DNA of 60,858 nt, counting the filler, from Basidiobolus meristosporus CBS 931.73 (lineage: Eukaryota; Fungi; Basidiobolomycota): assembly GCA_002104905.1 (NCBI GenBank). It is 3 parts of 3 records of this genome, joined end to end, with 100 filler letters (N's around TTAATTAATTAA, not from the genome) between each part and the next. Parts side by side here need not be neighbours in the genome. Positions count along the whole stretch, not along the records: positions 30,909 to 60,858 come from MCFE01000858.1; 2 more parts are not named here. The stretch is one strand, 5' to 3'. The notes beneath the pieces were generated by a model. The model was not told the DNA's origin, did no database searches, and worked only from the letters and a program-made list of their open reading frames with translations. The position numbers and the translations under genes were made by a program. Each line of letters starts with the position of its first letter. The stretch's first letter is position 1. Of this stretch, positions 59,101-60,858 are shown in pieces.

Positions 59101-60858
59101 CTTAGATAGGCTGGATTTAGTCTCTTCCAATGTTTCTAGGTTATTGGCGGCTATAATAAGATCATCCACATATAGAGCTAATAGAACTGGATTTGCTCTA
59201 TCTGGCTTATAGTATATACTATAGTTGAGCATTACTTCTTTTGAAACTCAAAGATTCCAAATAAGAATCTATCTTGCAATTCCAGGCTCTTGGTGATTGT
59301 TTGAGACCATATAGTGACTTTTTAAGCTTGCAGACCAAATGGGGGTTATCTTGGTCAACAAACCCATCAGGCTGGTCCATATACAAGTCCTCATCAAGTT
59401 CTCCATTCAAAAATGCAGTTTTTACATCCATTTGATGAATAAAAAACTTATATTTGGCTGCAATAGCCAATATTAATCTGATGGAATTAAACTTGGCTAC
59501 CGGTGCAAAGGTCTCAGTATAGTCAAGTCCTTTTGTTTGAGAGTATCCTTTGGCTACAAGTCTTGCTTTGTATCTCTCAATTGTACCATCAGCCTTGTAT
59601 TTTGTCTTGAAGACCCATCTGCATCCAATTGATTTTTGGTTGATTGGTAATTTGACTAAGTCCCAAGTTTGATTTTCCATCAGGGCCTGATATTCCTCAG
59701 TCATTGCAGATCTCCAAAACTTTGTCTGAGGGCTATTTAGGGCCTCTTCTACAGTCTGGGGCTCATCAATATGGACTGAATAGGCATAGGCTAAGTTTGT
59801 ACCCTCATTGATATAGTATTTTGGGCTATTTCTTGTCCAATTGGATCTCTGGGCACTTGATACTGGAAGGATCACTTCTGGGAAATTCCTGGGCACTGAT
59901 TCTGGCTGAACCATGGTTGTAGAGTCCTCTGGAGTGAAAAAATTTCATTGTTTTGCTCTGATTCAATCCTGACAATTGGTGAACTTGAGATCAAATTTTT
60001 GTCATCATCTGATGTCATTTTTTGTGAAAATTTTGAATTTTCATCAAACAACACATCCCTGGACTTGATCAGCTTCTTTGCTTTGGGATTGTAGAGTCTG
60101 TATGCCTTACTCTTGTTGCAGTAGCCCAAAAATATGCATTTTACACTTTTTGGCTCAAATTTTGACTGATTTCTGGCCAGTTTTTTGGCATATGCTGTAC
60201 ACCCAAATATTCTTAGATGTCCTGCACTTGGTCTGTATCCATACCATGCTTCAAATGGAGTAGAATCACAAAGAATTCTGTTATAACTCCTATTTTTAAG
60301 ATAGACAGCAGTGGCAATTGATTCCGCCCAAAAATCATAGGATAATTTTTGATCATGGATCATAGATCTTGCCATATTGATTATTGATCTGTTAGCTTGT
60401 TCTACTACTCCATTTTGCTGTGGGGAGTATGGTACAGTAGTCTCTTGCTTTATCCCATGAATTTTGCAGAAGTGGATGAAGAGTTTTGAGGTATATTCTC
60501 CACCATTGTCAGAGCATATTTTCTTGATTTTCTCACCAGTTTCTCTCTCCACTATGGCTTTAAACTCCCTGAGCTTAAACAGAGCTTCTTCCTTTCTCTC
60601 CATGAGGTAGACCCATGTGTATCTTGTATAATCATCAATAAAAGTGATTAAATACTTCATCCCACCTAAGGATAAATTTTGCATAGGTCCACATGGATCT
60701 GAGTGAATTAGATCTAAATTTTTCTTAGTTTTGATTAACCCAGAGCTCTTGAATAGTTGTCTGGCTTGTTTCCCATGTATGCAGGTTTCACAGTGCTCCA
60801 AATTAGCTGGGGGATCAATTTCCCACTCCAGAAATTAGCTAATCTTTGATCATTTTAC
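53139..60858 (-). mobile_element. Ty1/Copia family 2, outer (host) copy: 3' LTR 53139-53487, internal 53488-54082 and 58772-60858
   Basis: The RNase H/RT sequence is split at CTGAT and resumes after the inner element. Integrase and RT fragments show frameshifts. It runs off the window end. Confidence 0.9.
54083..58771 (-). mobile_element. Full-length Ty1/Copia family 2 element (LTRs 54083-54431 and 58422-58771), TSD CTGAT
   Basis: The LTRs differ at about 7 of 350 positions. PBS GGTTATGAGCCC and PPT GAGTGGGAG are present. Gag has frameshifts and there is one TGA before IN. IN-RT-RH is open for 830 aa. Confidence 0.95.

Overview
Eukaryotic (fungal) genomic DNA, with GT-AG introns and (TTAGGG)n telomeres. 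Gene content suggests an early-diverging fungus, which is my inference. The window is three contigs joined by artificial N44-TTAATTAATTAA-N44 spacers (1-17869, 17970-30808, 30909-60858), so adjacency across the spacers means nothing. Contig 1 is a chromosome end: a two-finger GATA factor and a Zn2Cys6 factor, then an ~8 kb head-to-tail retroelement array punctuated by short TTAGGG tracts, ending in ~37 TTAGGG repeats. The array is the main discovery. It holds an APE-endonuclease/RT LINE with an uninterrupted ~920-codon frame, two full-length ~520 bp tRNA-type (A/B-box) SINE-like elements, and 3' stubs of related families. All are oriented 5'-end-to-telomere. The LINE copies, SINEs and one stub share an AATAAAGATTTCACC-loop-GGTGA hairpin fused to CCCTAA repeats with no poly(A). 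A chromovirus in the array is cut mid-RT and capped by telomeric repeats. Contig 2 is entirely decayed Ty1/Copia and Ty3/Gypsy. Contig 3 has two DM9 genes, ProRS, a paraoxonase-like gene, TMA7, BUR1/CDK9, an ORT1-like carrier and FRS1, followed by nested Copia/Gypsy elements. Transposons are almost CpG-free while host genes are CpG-rich.
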